NCBI GenBank assembly: GCA_964606485.1
Contig: CAZSGP010000003.1
Location: 66,481-130,480, forward strand
Reading direction: 5' to 3'
DNA: 64,000 nt
DNA from: an uncultured Planctomycetia bacterium
Lineage (GTDB): Bacteria > Omnitrophota > Gorgyraeia > 2-02-FULL-51-18
Shown piece after piece: positions 51,737 to 62,817 of this stretch (position 1 is its first letter; every line of letters begins with the position of its first letter). A program made the position numbers and the translations under genes. Under the pieces are notes generated by a model. That model did not search any database and was not told where the DNA came from. It saw nothing but the letters and a program-made list of their open reading frames with translations.

Positions 51737-54468
51737 TGACTGACACCCCACAGCCGAAACCGGCCGACGCGGACGCGATCGATAAAGTTTACAATCCAAA
51801 ACTTGTTGAAAAAAATTGGTATCAAACTTGGATGAAGAAGGGGTATTTTTCAGCCTCGGCAAAGTCCAAGAAAAAACCTTACACCATTGTGATTCCGCCG
51901 CCGAATGTGACGGGCATTCTCCACATGGGTCACGCGCTCAACAACACCATTCAAGATATTCTCATCCGCTATAAACGCATGAATGGTTTTGAATCGCTCT
52001 GGATGCCGGGAACGGACCACGCAGGTATTGCCACGCAAAATGTAGTGGAGAAATCTCTGCGCGAAGAAGGTTTGAATCGCCACGCGCTCGGACGTGAGAA
52101 ATTTTTAGAGCGGGTATGGAAATGGCGTGAAAAATATGGCAGTACGATTATTCGCCAGCTTCAGCGCTTAGGCTCCTCCTGCGACTGGGACCGGACACGT
52201 TTTACGATGGATGAAGGATTGTCAAAAGCCGTTCGCGAAGTGTTTGTGAGATTGTATGAAAAAGGCCTGGTCTACCGCGGCAATCGCATTATCAATTGGT
52301 GCCCGCGTTGCCAGACGGCGTTGTCGGACGAAGAAGTGCAGCACAAAGAAGTCACGGGTCATCTTTATCATTTAAAATATCAAATCGAAGGTTCTGACCA
52401 ACACATCACGATTGCGACCACGCGCCCTGAAACGCTTTTGGGCGACACCGCAGTGGGTTATAACCCAGACGATGAGCGTTATCGGCACTTGGCTGGAAAA
52501 ACAGCGATTTTGCCGCTTCTCAATCGCCGACTAAAAATTATTAGTGACGCAGAAATTGATCCGAAGTTTGGAACGGGTGCGCTTAAGATTACGCCTGCGC
52601 ACGATCCGGTTGATTTTCAGCTGGCTCAAAAGCATGGACTGGAATTCATTAACATTTTAAATCCCGACGGCAGTCTGAATGATGCGGCGGGTCCCTATAA
52701 AGGACTGGATCGTTTCGAAGCGCGTAAAAAAATTATTGCGGAACTGGAAGACCGGCGCATTCTACTCGAAACCAAAGAACACGTGCATTCGATTGGGCAT
52801 TGTTACCGTTGCCAAACCGTCGTCGAGCCTTATTTTTCACTGCAGTGGTTTGTGCACATGAAGCCGCTGGCCAAGCCCGCGATTGCCGCCATTAAGGAAG
52901 GGCGTACTAAATTTACGCCGAAGCGCTGGACCAAGGTGTATTTGGAATGGATGAACAATATTAAAGATTGGTGCGTGTCGCGTCAGATTTGGTGGGGACA
53001 CCGGATTCCGGTGTGGTATTGCACGGCTTGTACTGCGAATGCTGCAAAGTCAAAGCTTGATAAGTCAGGCGTTGCCTACGAACCGGGTTCTAAAAAATAC
53101 ACCGAGCCCGGAATGATTGTGGCGCGCGAAACGCCGAAAAAATGCCCCACTTGCAACGGAACCGACTTGATTCAAGACCCCGATGTGTTGGACACCTGGT
53201 TCTCGTCGTGGCTGTGGCCGATTTCAACACTCGGCTGGCCTGAAAAAACGCCGGACCTTAAAAAATTCTATCCAACCAGCTGTCTCGTCACCGGCTATGA
53301 AATTATTTTCTTCTGGGTGGCGCGCATGATGATGTCTGGTCTTGAATTTATGGGCAATGAACCCTTTAAGGATATTTATATTCACGGAATTGTGCGTGAT
53401 GAGACGGGCGCCAAAATGTCCAAGTCGCTAGGGAATGCGGTGGATCCAATCGGAATCATCGACCAATACGGCGCTGACGCACTGCGCTACGCGATTATTT
53501 CCATCACAGCTGAAGGTCAGGATGTGTACGCCAACAAAGAAAAATTTGAAGTGGGCCGCAATTTTGCCAATAAGATCTGGAACGCCGCGAGGCTTGTGAT
53601 GCTGAACTTAGATAAAAAAGCACTTAAGCCTGGACTTCGGATCAAGCCGGAGGATTTAAATCCGGTCGACCGCTGGATCTTAAGCCGCTTCCACCAGACG
53701 GCGGGCTATGTCACCGAAAGTTTGGACGAGCTTAAGTTTAATGAAGCCATTTCAATTTTGTACGATTTTTTCTGGCATCAATTCTGCGATTGGTATTTGG
53801 AATTTTCAAAGCCGAATATGAAATCCAAAGAGACGCAATGGACGCTTTACACGGTGCTCGAAGGCACGCTTAAGCTCATGCATCCGTTCATGCCGTTTAT
53901 CACAGAGGAAATTTGGCAGAAGCTTCCGCATGAGGGGGAGTCGATCATGCTCGCCGCGTGGCCTAGACCAGACAAAAAATTCATCGATAAAAAAATTGAT
54001 TCTGATATGGAGCTTGTGATTGGTGAGATTCAAGCGATTCGCAATGTTCGCTCCGCTTGGCAAATTAATCCCAAAGACCAGGTTGTAGTGGCCGTAAAGG
54101 CTTCGCGCGACAAGGAAATGAAAATTTTAAAAAACTACTCGACCCAAATTGCGCAAATGGCCCGCATTTCCTCGCTTCAAATGGGCAAGAATGTCCAGCG
54201 CCCGAAAGAGTCGGCCGTGGCGAATATTGGCCGCGTGGAGACTTATGTGGTGCTGACGGGGCTCATTGATGTCCAGCTTGAGCGCCAACGCATTGAAACT
54301 GCGTTGGTGGATGTAGAAAAGATGCTCAAAGGCTTAGAGGGCCGTCTAGCCAATCAAGATTTTCTCGCGAAAGCTCCCAAAGAAATCGTAGAAAAAGAAA
54401 AACTGAAAGCCGAAGAGCTGGAAAACAGAAGAAAGCGCCTTCAGGAAAATTTAAAGGTTTTACAATAA
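51736..54468 (+). CDS. valS: valine--tRNA ligase
   Basis: PPPNVTGILHMGHALNNTIQD...KMSKSLGN, with a C-terminal coiled coil. A TAATG overlap joins it to cimA. Confidence 0.95.
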   Translation: MTDTPQPKPADADAIDKVYNPKLVEKNWYQTWMKKGYFSASAKSKKKPYTIVIPPPNVTGILHMGHALNNTIQDILIRYKRMNGFESLWMPGTDHAGIATQNVVEKSLREEGLNRHALGREKFLERVWKWREKYGSTIIRQLQRLGSSCDWDRTRFTMDEGLSKAVREVFVRLYEKGLVYRGNRIINWCPRCQTALSDEEVQHKEVTGHLYHLKYQIEGSDQHITIATTRPETLLGDTAVGYNPDDERYRHLAGKTAILPLLNRRLKIISDAEIDPKFGTGALKITPAHDPVDFQLAQKHGLEFINILNPDGSLNDAAGPYKGLDRFEARKKIIAELEDRRILLETKEHVHSIGHCYRCQTVVEPYFSLQWFVHMKPLAKPAIAAIKEGRTKFTPKRWTKVYLEWMNNIKDWCVSRQIWWGHRIPVWYCTACTANAAKSKLDKSGVAYEPGSKKYTEPGMIVARETPKKCPTCNGTDLIQDPDVLDTWFSSWLWPISTLGWPEKTPDLKKFYPTSCLVTGYEIIFFWVARMMMSGLEFMGNEPFKDIYIHGIVRDETGAKMSKSLGNAVDPIGIIDQYGADALRYAIISITAEGQDVYANKEKFEVGRNFANKIWNAARLVMLNLDKKALKPGLRIKPEDLNPVDRWILSRFHQTAGYVTESLDELKFNEAISILYDFFWHQFCDWYLEFSKPNMKSKETQWTLYTVLEGTLKLMHPFMPFITEEIWQKLPHEGESIMLAAWPRPDKKFIDKKIDSDMELVIGEIQAIRNVRSAWQINPKDQVVVAVKASRDKEMKILKNYSTQIAQMARISSLQMGKNVQRPKESAVANIGRVETYVVLTGLIDVQLERQRIETALVDVEKMLKGLEGRLANQDFLAKAPKEIVEKEKLKAEELENRRKRLQENLKVLQ

Positions 54469-54503
54469 ACGTCATCCTGAGCGAAGCGAAGGATCTTTTC
54501 TAA

Positions 54504-55355
54504 ATGCTAAAACCTCAATTCATAGACCCCATCGTTAAAATCGCTCTCCAAGAAGACATTGGTTCGCGAGATCTCACCACGTCTTCGATTATTTCCCCAA
54601 ACACAATGATAAAGGCGGATATTCAGTTTGAGGAGCCGGGCATTCTTTGCGGCATGATCGTGGCGGAGCGCGTGTTTCGGCTTGTCGATGAAGACATTCG
54701 CTTTCTGCCGGTCGCTAAAGACGGGGAGTGGATTGAAAAAAAGCGCGAGATCGCTTACATCGAAGGAAAAGCGGCATCGATATTAACCGCGGAACGCACA
54801 GCGCTTAATTTTTTGGCGCGTCTCTCCGGTATTGCCACACAAACCAGCGGTTACGTTGAAAAAATCAAATCCACCAAGGCGCGGATTTTTGACACCCGTA
54901 AAACGACGCCGGGTTTAAGAATTTTAGAAAAGTACGCCGTTGCGGTGGGCGGGGGAAGCAATCACCGTTTTGGGCTTTATGACCAGGTGCTCATCAAAGA
55001 CAATCATTTGAGAATTTTGAGAAATTATTCGATCGCTCATATCGTAGCGGCCACCCGGAAGAATGTGCTCAAAAAAACGGTGATTGGCATTGAAGTGAAA
55101 AATTTAAAGGAGCTCGCCGAAGCTCTCAAAGAAAGACCCAATTACATCCTGCTCGACAACATGAGCGTGCAAATGGTGAAGGATGCTGTCGCCATGCGCA
55201 ATGACGCGGGCGTGGACGTGGAGCTCGAAGTTTCTGGAGGCATCAATTTCAACACGGTGCTTGAATATGCTCAAACTGGCGTTGAACGCATATCCGTCGG
55301 AGCGCTCACGCACTCGGCGTGGTCAGCCAATATTTCCCTGGATATTATTTCTTGA
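54504..55355 (+). CDS. nadC: nicotinate-nucleotide pyrophosphorylase (quinolinate phosphoribosyltransferase)
   Basis: QEDIGSRDLTT...ERTALNFLARLSGIAT...DNHL. Confidence 0.9.
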   Translation: MLKPQFIDPIVKIALQEDIGSRDLTTSSIISPNTMIKADIQFEEPGILCGMIVAERVFRLVDEDIRFLPVAKDGEWIEKKREIAYIEGKAASILTAERTALNFLARLSGIATQTSGYVEKIKSTKARIFDTRKTTPGLRILEKYAVAVGGGSNHRFGLYDQVLIKDNHLRILRNYSIAHIVAATRKNVLKKTVIGIEVKNLKELAEALKERPNYILLDNMSVQMVKDAVAMRNDAGVDVELEVSGGINFNTVLEYAQTGVERISVGALTHSAWSANISLDIIS

Positions 55356-57376
55356 ATTATAAAATCGTCTCTTCGATGAAGCCGAAGGGCGATCAGCCTC
55401 AAGCCATCGAAAAATTAACCCGTGGGTTTTTGCAAGAAGACTGCCAGTTTCAAACACTGCTAGGCGTAACCGGTAGCGGTAAAACCTTTACCGTGGCAAA
55501 CGTGATTGAAAAACTAAACTGCCCGGTGCTCGTCTTGTCCCACAATAAAACCTTAGCCGCTCAGCTCTATAGTGAGTTTAAAGAAATTTTCCCGGAAAAC
55601 GCCGTTGAGTATTTCGTAAGCTACTACGACTACTACCAGCCGGAAGCGTATATTCCTCAAACGGACACGTTTATCGAAAAAGATTCGTCGATCAATGAAG
55701 ACATTGATCGGCTAAGGCTCCGCGCAACCAGTTCACTTTTGTCGCGCCGTGATTGCATTGTAGTGTCATCAGTGTCGGCGATTTATTCACTGGGGTCACC
55801 GGGTGAATACTCCGAGATGCTCGTTTTTTTAAAATTGGGACAAGAATTGTCGCGCGATGAATTTCTAAAAAAAATTATTGATATTCAATACACGCGAAAT
55901 GACATTGATTTTCATCGCGGAACGTTTCGGGTTCGTGGGGACGTGGTGGAGGTGTTTTTAGCCTACGAGGAGACAGCGATTCGAGTGGAGCTAGAGTACG
56001 ATGCGGTGAAAAAAATATCCCGCGTCGATCCGCTGACCGGAACTACGCTTCATGCGCTGGAGGCCATAGCCATTTACCCAGCCAAGCATTTCGTGACCAC
56101 ACAGGACCGTCTTGACCGATCGTTCGTGGAGATTGAGCGGGAGATGATCGAGCGATTCAAAGAGTTAAACTCCCAGAATAAGCTCATCGAAGCCCAGCGC
56201 ATTGAGCAGAGAACGCGGTACGACATCGAGATGATGAAAAATTTGGGGTTTTGTTCGGGGATTGAAAATTATTCGCGCATTATCGGCAATCGTCCACCCG
56301 GGGCGAGGCCGTTTTGTCTCTTGGATTATTTCCCGGATGATTTTTTAATGGTGATCGACGAATCTCACATCACCGTTCCGCAGGTCCGGGGGATGTATTT
56401 TGGGGACCGAGCGCGCAAAGAGACGCTTGTGGAGTACGGCTTCCGTCTGCCGTCAGCGCTCGACAACCGGCCGCTTCGCTTTGAAGAGTTTGAGTCCATG
56501 ATCAAGCGGACTATTTTTGTGTCGGCGACACCCGCGGAGTATGAAGTGAAGAAAGCGTCTAAAATCGTTGAGCAGATTATTCGTCCGACTGGGCTGCTTG
56601 ACCCGCCGATAGAAGTGAGACCCTCGAAGAATCAGGTCGATGATTTAATACTCGAAATCAAAAAGCGCGCCGAGAAAAAAGAGCGCGTGATTGTGACGAC
56701 GCTGACCAAGCGCATGGCGGAGGAGCTCACTAAATTTTTACAACAGTCCGGAATCAGGGTGCAATACCTGCACTCTGAGATTGACGCGATTCAGCGTGTT
56801 GAAATTCTAAGGGATTTGCGCTTGATGAAATTTGACTGTGTTGTGGGAATCAATCTTTTGAGAGAGGGTATCGATTTGCCGGAAGTGTCGCTGGTCGCGG
56901 TGCTTGACGCAGATAAAGAAGGTTTTTTGAGAAGCCAAACCTCGCTTATTCAGGTGGCGGGTCGCGCGGCGCGTCATGTGAACGGCTACGTCATTATGTA
57001 CGCAGACACGATTACTGAGTCGATGCGCAAGACCATTTCCGAAACAACGCGCCGCCGCAAACTTCAAACCGAATATAATTTAAAGAACGGGATCACGCCG
57101 ACCTCGATCCAAAAGGAAATTAAAGAAGGGATTGAATCAATTCGAAAAGCGCGTGAAATTGTTGCTGAAAGTGCTGGGCTTGAGGCGAGTCTTGAAGACG
57201 CGGCTCAAGTTTTAAGCGATCTTGAGACGGAGATGTTGGATGCTGCTAGAAACATGCAGTTTGAGCGCGCAATTGAATTGAGAGACCAGATTAAAAAAAT
57301 TAAACAAAAAATGGAAAAAGAAAAGCCGGTCAGAGATGCAAAAAAACCAAATCCTCGATCTCTTAAGAGAAAGTAA
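55355..57376 (+). CDS. uvrB: excinuclease ABC subunit B
   Basis: YKIVSSMKPKGDQPQAIEKL...LLGVTGSGKTFT...coiled-coil C-terminus. The track ORF opens at 55319 inside nadC. The likely start is TTG at 55355, just after the nadC stop, or ATG at 55376. Confidence 0.85.
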   Translation, partial: NYKIVSSMKPKGDQPQAIEKLTRGFLQEDCQFQTLLGVTGSGKTFTVANVIEKLNCPVLVLSHNKTLAAQLYSEFKEIFPENAVEYFVSYYDYYQPEAYIPQTDTFIEKDSSINEDIDRLRLRATSSLLSRRDCIVVSSVSAIYSLGSPGEYSEMLVFLKLGQELSRDEFLKKIIDIQYTRNDIDFHRGTFRVRGDVVEVFLAYEETAIRVELEYDAVKKISRVDPLTGTTLHALEAIAIYPAKHFVTTQDRLDRSFVEIEREMIERFKELNSQNKLIEAQRIEQRTRYDIEMMKNLGFCSGIENYSRIIGNRPPGARPFCLLDYFPDDFLMVIDESHITVPQVRGMYFGDRARKETLVEYGFRLPSALDNRPLRFEEFESMIKRTIFVSATPAEYEVKKASKIVEQIIRPTGLLDPPIEVRPSKNQVDDLILEIKKRAEKKERVIVTTLTKRMAEELTKFLQQSGIRVQYLHSEIDAIQRVEILRDLRLMKFDCVVGINLLREGIDLPEVSLVAVLDADKEGFLRSQTSLIQVAGRAARHVNGYVIMYADTITESMRKTISETTRRRKLQTEYNLKNGITPTSIQKEIKEGIESIRKAREIVAESAGLEASLEDAAQVLSDLETEMLDAARNMQFERAIELRDQIKKIKQKMEKEKPVRDAKKPNPRSLKRK

Positions 57377-58298
57377 ATCACGCCCCGTATCGGGCGAGGA
57401 AATTTCGAAACTTTTAAAAGTTTCTCGCACGGCTATTTGGAAAGAAATCCAGATGCTGCGGAAAATCGGTTACGTGATCGAGGCTCAGCCGCATCTCGGT
57501 TACCGACTGCTACAAATCCCCGACAAGATGTTCGCGGACGAAATTCATCATGGGCTCAAAACAGAATTAATCGGAAAAGAAATCATTTCCTATGACGAAA
57601 TTGATTCTACGAACGACGCATCGTGGAAGCTCGGCGAGCAAGGCGTCAAAGAAGGGTTTTGTATTTTTGCTGAGCGGCAGAAAAAAGGACGCGGACGACT
57701 GGGGCGCCAGTGGGAGTCGGCGAAATCCGAAAATATTTTATTGTCTATCCTGCTGAGGCCTAACTTGGCTCCCCAGGAGAGCGCCAAAATCACGTTGATG
57801 GCGGGTGTTTCTGCGGTGCGCGCTTCCAAAGCTTTTACGACGGCCAAAATTGGAATCAAATGGCCCAATGACTTGCTTTGCGAGAATCAAAAGTGTGCCG
57901 GCATCTTAACCGAAATGAGCGCCGAGTCTGACCGGGTGAAGTTTGTGGTGGTGGGGATTGGTATTAATATCAACTCTGATGCGAAGAGTCTGCCGCCGGG
58001 CTCCACGTCTTTAAAAATGCTGAGCGGCTCGCCGGTTTCACGGCAGGATTTTGCACGCAAGTTTTTAGAGTGTTTCGAAGAGGATTATCTCGCCTTAAAA
58101 AGTGGGAAATTTGATAGACTGGCGAAAGATTGGGAAACATTTTCAGCAACAACGGGCAAGCGGGTTTCGGTGTCGTTGTCCGGAAAGCAAATCCAAGGCA
58201 CTGCGCAAGGCATTGATGCTGATGGAGCGCTTTGGGTGCGGACCGACAACGGACTGCAGGAAAAAATTTTAGCCGGGGATGTTCAGCATTTAAGATAG
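57336..58298 (+). CDS. birA: bifunctional biotin operon repressor / biotin--[acetyl-CoA-carboxylase] ligase
   Basis: An N-terminal winged HTH, ISKLLKVSRTAIWKEIQMLRKIGYVIE, plus the ligase core GRGRLGRQWES. It overlaps the uvrB 3' end by 41 nt. Confidence 0.85.
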   Translation: MQKNQILDLLRESKSRPVSGEEISKLLKVSRTAIWKEIQMLRKIGYVIEAQPHLGYRLLQIPDKMFADEIHHGLKTELIGKEIISYDEIDSTNDASWKLGEQGVKEGFCIFAERQKKGRGRLGRQWESAKSENILLSILLRPNLAPQESAKITLMAGVSAVRASKAFTTAKIGIKWPNDLLCENQKCAGILTEMSAESDRVKFVVVGIGININSDAKSLPPGSTSLKMLSGSPVSRQDFARKFLECFEEDYLALKSGKFDRLAKDWETFSATTGKRVSVSLSGKQIQGTAQGIDADGALWVRTDNGLQEKILAGDVQHLR

Positions 58299-58434
58299 CA
58301 ATTTCCCCTCCTAGCCAAGGAGGGGCGGACACGAAGTGCCGGGGAGGTGGTTTGCGCAACTGTCGAGCAAATCACCCCTCCGTCCACTGAGGTGGACACC
58401 TCCCCTTGGTAAGGGGAGGAAAGAGAATGGGGAT
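58299..58434 (+). other. structured birA-coaX intergenic region with three G/C-rich hairpins built from GGAGGGG/CCCCTCC units
   Basis: The first hairpin pairs CCCCTCC (58305-58311) with GGAGGGG (58319-58325) around a TAGCCAA loop. The second pairs GTCCAC with GTGGAC (58382-58397) around TGAG. The third pairs CTCCCCTT with AAGGGGAG (58400-58418) around GGT. GGGGA then precedes the coaX ATG. Confidence 0.3.
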
Positions 58435-59190
58435 ATGAAAAAAAACACGGTACTTTGCATCGATATCGGCAACACCAGTATCACGGTCGGGTGTTTTAAA
58501 AATGGGAAGCTCGAAAAAACATTTCGTATTCCCACCAAAGAATTCAAAAAAACAGCGATTCGTACGATTCAATCCGCTCTGAATCTGAAAAATGTGGAAG
58601 CGGCAGTGATTGCGAGCGTCGTGCCGCTAGCAGGAAAATTTTTAAGAGCGGAGCTTCCTAAAAAATTAAAACTTAAAACTTTTTTGATCGGCCAGGACTT
58701 AACTCCACCCATTCGCAATCGATATAAAAATCCAAAGCAAGTGGGGATGGACCGCTTGATGAGTGCGGTTGCCGTGTACGAAAAATACCGCAAAAATGCC
58801 ATCGTGATTGATTTTGGAACGGCTATCACCTTCGATGCAGTGACCCAAAAAGGCGAATATCTGGGTGGCGTGATTGCGCCGGGGATTGAGATTAGCCTTG
58901 ATGCGCTTTTTGAGCGCACGGCCTTGTTGCCGCGTATTCGCTTGGCACGCCCAAAATCGATCTTGGGACGCGACACGATTGAGAGTATTCAGTCGGGTTG
59001 CTCGTATGGCATTGGCGGTTTGTGTGACCGGATTGTCTTGGAACTACAAAAGAAACTAGGGAAGAACACCCTAGTGATCGCTACCGGAGGCTATGCCCGG
59101 TTTATGTCTCGTTATTGCCGGTCTATTTGGAAGATTGACGATGACCTGGTTCTAAGAGGCATCTTGCTCACCTACAGAGCGTCAGTATAA
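58435..59190 (+). CDS. coaX: type III pantothenate kinase
   Basis: MKKNTVLCIDIGNTSITVG, an ASKHA fold. The track ORF extends upstream to 58336, and the internal ATG at 58435 follows a GGGGA Shine-Dalgarno sequence. Confidence 0.85.
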   Translation: MKKNTVLCIDIGNTSITVGCFKNGKLEKTFRIPTKEFKKTAIRTIQSALNLKNVEAAVIASVVPLAGKFLRAELPKKLKLKTFLIGQDLTPPIRNRYKNPKQVGMDRLMSAVAVYEKYRKNAIVIDFGTAITFDAVTQKGEYLGGVIAPGIEISLDALFERTALLPRIRLARPKSILGRDTIESIQSGCSYGIGGLCDRIVLELQKKLGKNTLVIATGGYARFMSRYCRSIWKIDDDLVLRGILLTYRASV

Positions 59191-59197
59191 AAAATTC

Positions 59198-59225
59198 TTG
59201 ACAAAAAACCGCTAGTCCGTAAAAT
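59198..59225 (+). promoter_or_regulatory. sigma70 consensus promoter of groESL (TTGACA, 16 nt, TAAAAT)
   Basis: TTGACA at 59198-59203 and TAAAAT at 59220-59225, immediately upstream of CIRCE. Confidence 0.6.
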
Positions 59226-59234
59226 CTCACTCTA

Positions 59235-59261
59235 CTAGCACTCGATTGGAATGAGTGCCAA
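59235..59261 (+). promoter_or_regulatory. CIRCE operator (HrcA binding site)
   Basis: CTAGCACTC-N9-GAGTGCCAA compared with the consensus TTAGCACTC-N9-GAGTGCTAA. It lies between the -10 box and the groES RBS AAAGGAGA at 59271-59278. Confidence 0.8.
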
Positions 59262-59284
59262 ACCCATTTAAAAGGAGATGCAAC

Positions 59285-59581
59285 ATGGAAAAATCCAAGA
59301 TTCAACCCTTAGGAGACCGGGTGCTTGTGGAGCCCCTCGAAGCTGAGGAAAAGACTAGCGGTGGAATTATTATTCCAGATACCGCGAAAGAAAAGCAGCA
59401 AAAAGGCAAAGTCATTGCCGCCGGCAAAGGCCGCGTCAATGAAGAGGGAAAACTGACCCCGCTCGAAGTCAAGATTAACGACCAGGTTCTTTTCGGACGC
59501 TACACCGGAACTGAAGTCAAAATCGGCGGAACGGATTATCTCATCATTAAAGAAGACGACATTCTGGCGATCATTAAGTAA
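59285..59581 (+). CDS. groES: co-chaperonin GroES
   Basis: [37 protein letters not shown]. The ATG at 59285 follows the RBS, and the track ORF starts 30 nt further upstream. Confidence 0.95.
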   Translation: MEKSKIQPLGDRVLVEPLEAEEKTSGGIIIPDTAKEKQQKGKVIAAGKGRVNEEGKLTPLEVKINDQVLFGRYTGTEVKIGGTDYLIIKEDDILAIIK

Positions 59582-59598
59582 AACCAAAAAGGAAATAG

Positions 59599-61248
<1,650 letters not shown>

Positions 61249-61276
61249 ACTGTAATTTGTTTTAAAATTCAAAACG

Positions 61277-61314
61277 CCCCGAGTCTCTTGAAAAGGAGAT
61301 TCGGGGTTTTTTGT
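61277..61314 (+). terminator. rho-independent terminator of groESL
   Basis: CCCCGAGTCTC..GAGATTCGGGG forms the stem, followed by TTTTTTGTT. Confidence 0.7.
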
Positions 61315-61338
61315 TCAATCAAAAAGAGCAGATTTCAT

Positions 61339-61812
61339 ATGAGCAACCCTATAACCTCCCATCTCTATGTGGACGCGGACGCATGTCCGGTGAAACCAGA
61401 AGTTGTGAAAGTGGCTAAGCGTTACGGACTTGCCGTGACTTTTGTGTCCAATATGTGGATGCGCCTGCCCGACGAATGGGGCGCCAAGCTTGTTGTGGTT
61501 GAGGGTGATTTTGACGCGGCGGATAACTGGATTGTGGAATATGTCGCCAAAGATGATATCGTGGTGTCGGGCGACATTCCGCTCGTGCATCGCGTGCTTC
61601 AAAAGGGTGCTCACGCGCTCAGTCACTCCGGCCGCGAGTATACCGTCGAAAATATTGGAGAAATAATTTCAAAGCGCGATCTTCTAGCTGTTTTGCGTGG
61701 CGGCGGAGAAATTACGGGAGGGCCAGCGCCATTTCAAAAAGAAGACCGGTCGCGATTTTTGCAGGCGCTTGACCAAATTATTCAAAATATTAAAAACCGA
61801 TTGGCAAGGTAG
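61339..61812 (+). CDS. UPF0178/YaiI-family (DUF188) protein
   Basis: MSNPITSHLYVDADACPVKPEVV...VVSGDIPLV. The 5' part of the track ORF overlaps the groEL terminator, so I chose the ATG at 61339. Confidence 0.7.
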   Translation: MSNPITSHLYVDADACPVKPEVVKVAKRYGLAVTFVSNMWMRLPDEWGAKLVVVEGDFDAADNWIVEYVAKDDIVVSGDIPLVHRVLQKGAHALSHSGREYTVENIGEIISKRDLLAVLRGGGEITGGPAPFQKEDRSRFLQALDQIIQNIKNRLAR

Positions 61813-61815
61813 AAA

Positions 61816-62298
61816 ATGAATCCAAAACAATCCCTCACCGTGGATGCTAGAAAAGGCATTGTGATCTCTGATCAATGGGTGCCTCAGGATTTGAAGCGTG
61901 TGTTTGATTTTTTCTCCGACGCCACCAATCTTGAGAAGCTAACGCCCGAGTTTCTAAATTTTAAAGTTCTCTCAATGAGCACTCCGCAAATCGGAGAGGG
62001 CACTGAAATTCACTACAAGCTAAAAGTTCATGGATTTCCTGTCCGCTGGACAAGCCGAATAACGGACTGGGAGAAGCCCAACGCTTTTAGCGACATCCAG
62101 ATCTCAGGGCCTTACCGGTACTGGTGTCACCGGCATATTTTTGACGCGGAGAATGGTGGCACCTGGGTGCGGGATCGCGTGCACTACATGCCGCCTTTTG
62201 GATTTTTGGGTCGCGCCATCGCAGGAAAAATGGTGGGCGATGACGTCGAAAAGATTTTCCGTTACCGACAGCAAGTGATTGGTGAGTTGTTTGGGTAA
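61816..62298 (+). CDS. SRPBCC (START/Bet v1-like, polyketide-cyclase-type) family protein
   Basis: Size and motif pattern: FDFFSDATNLEKLTPEF...HYKLKVHGFPVRWTSRITDWEKPNAF...GPYRYWCHRHIF. Confidence 0.45.
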   Translation: MNPKQSLTVDARKGIVISDQWVPQDLKRVFDFFSDATNLEKLTPEFLNFKVLSMSTPQIGEGTEIHYKLKVHGFPVRWTSRITDWEKPNAFSDIQISGPYRYWCHRHIFDAENGGTWVRDRVHYMPPFGFLGRAIAGKMVGDDVEKIFRYRQQVIGELFG

Positions 62299-62320
62299 GG
62301 TCATTCGAGTGAACGACAAA

Positions 62321-62797
62321 ATGCAACGCGGCTACCGCTACGAGCTAGTGGAGCCAGCGGGCAAAAACTTTGACGATCGCTTTAAGCCCGAATTAACCCC
62401 GAGCCAGATGTTGAAGCTTGGCGTTTTTGGCGGCAAATACATGACCGACTGCCAAAAAGAATTTCCGGTGGATTGGTTTAAGGGAGCAAAGCTTTCGCCC
62501 GAAAAATACGACAAACAGCTTAATTATTTTAAAATCAGAGCCAGCCAACCGCTTTCTGTGTGGCGTCGCAAGGGATGGATTACGCCCGAGGACCCGCGGG
62601 GTTGGTTTCAGTGGTACTGCCGCTACTTCATGGGACGGAGAATACCCGAAGTTGACGAGTTGCAGATTCGACGCTGGCTTGCGATACGGCGGCACATTCA
62701 GCAAATCAAAAAAAATTGTGCACCTCGAGACATGAGTTGTCGGCCGAGGCAACGCCAAGCGCTGCTCCACTGGGCTTATGACAGTCGTAAAATATAA
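62321..62797 (+). CDS. conserved hypothetical protein (W/R-rich, WFQWYCRYFMGRR motif)
   Basis: The ORF is 62279-62797, and the probable start is the ATG at 62321 (MQRGYRYELVEP...). I do not recognise the family. Confidence 0.4.
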   Translation: MQRGYRYELVEPAGKNFDDRFKPELTPSQMLKLGVFGGKYMTDCQKEFPVDWFKGAKLSPEKYDKQLNYFKIRASQPLSVWRRKGWITPEDPRGWFQWYCRYFMGRRIPEVDELQIRRWLAIRRHIQQIKKNCAPRDMSCRPRQRQALLHWAYDSRKI

Positions 62798-62817
62798 ATT
62801 TATGGAGAAGATAATTT

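Noticed and set aside
54469-54503. A short imperfect hairpin, ATCCTGAGCGAAGCGAAGGAT, between valS and nadC.
   Set aside because: It has only 5-bp terminal arms, is not followed by a U-tract and is too weak to call a terminator or regulatory element.
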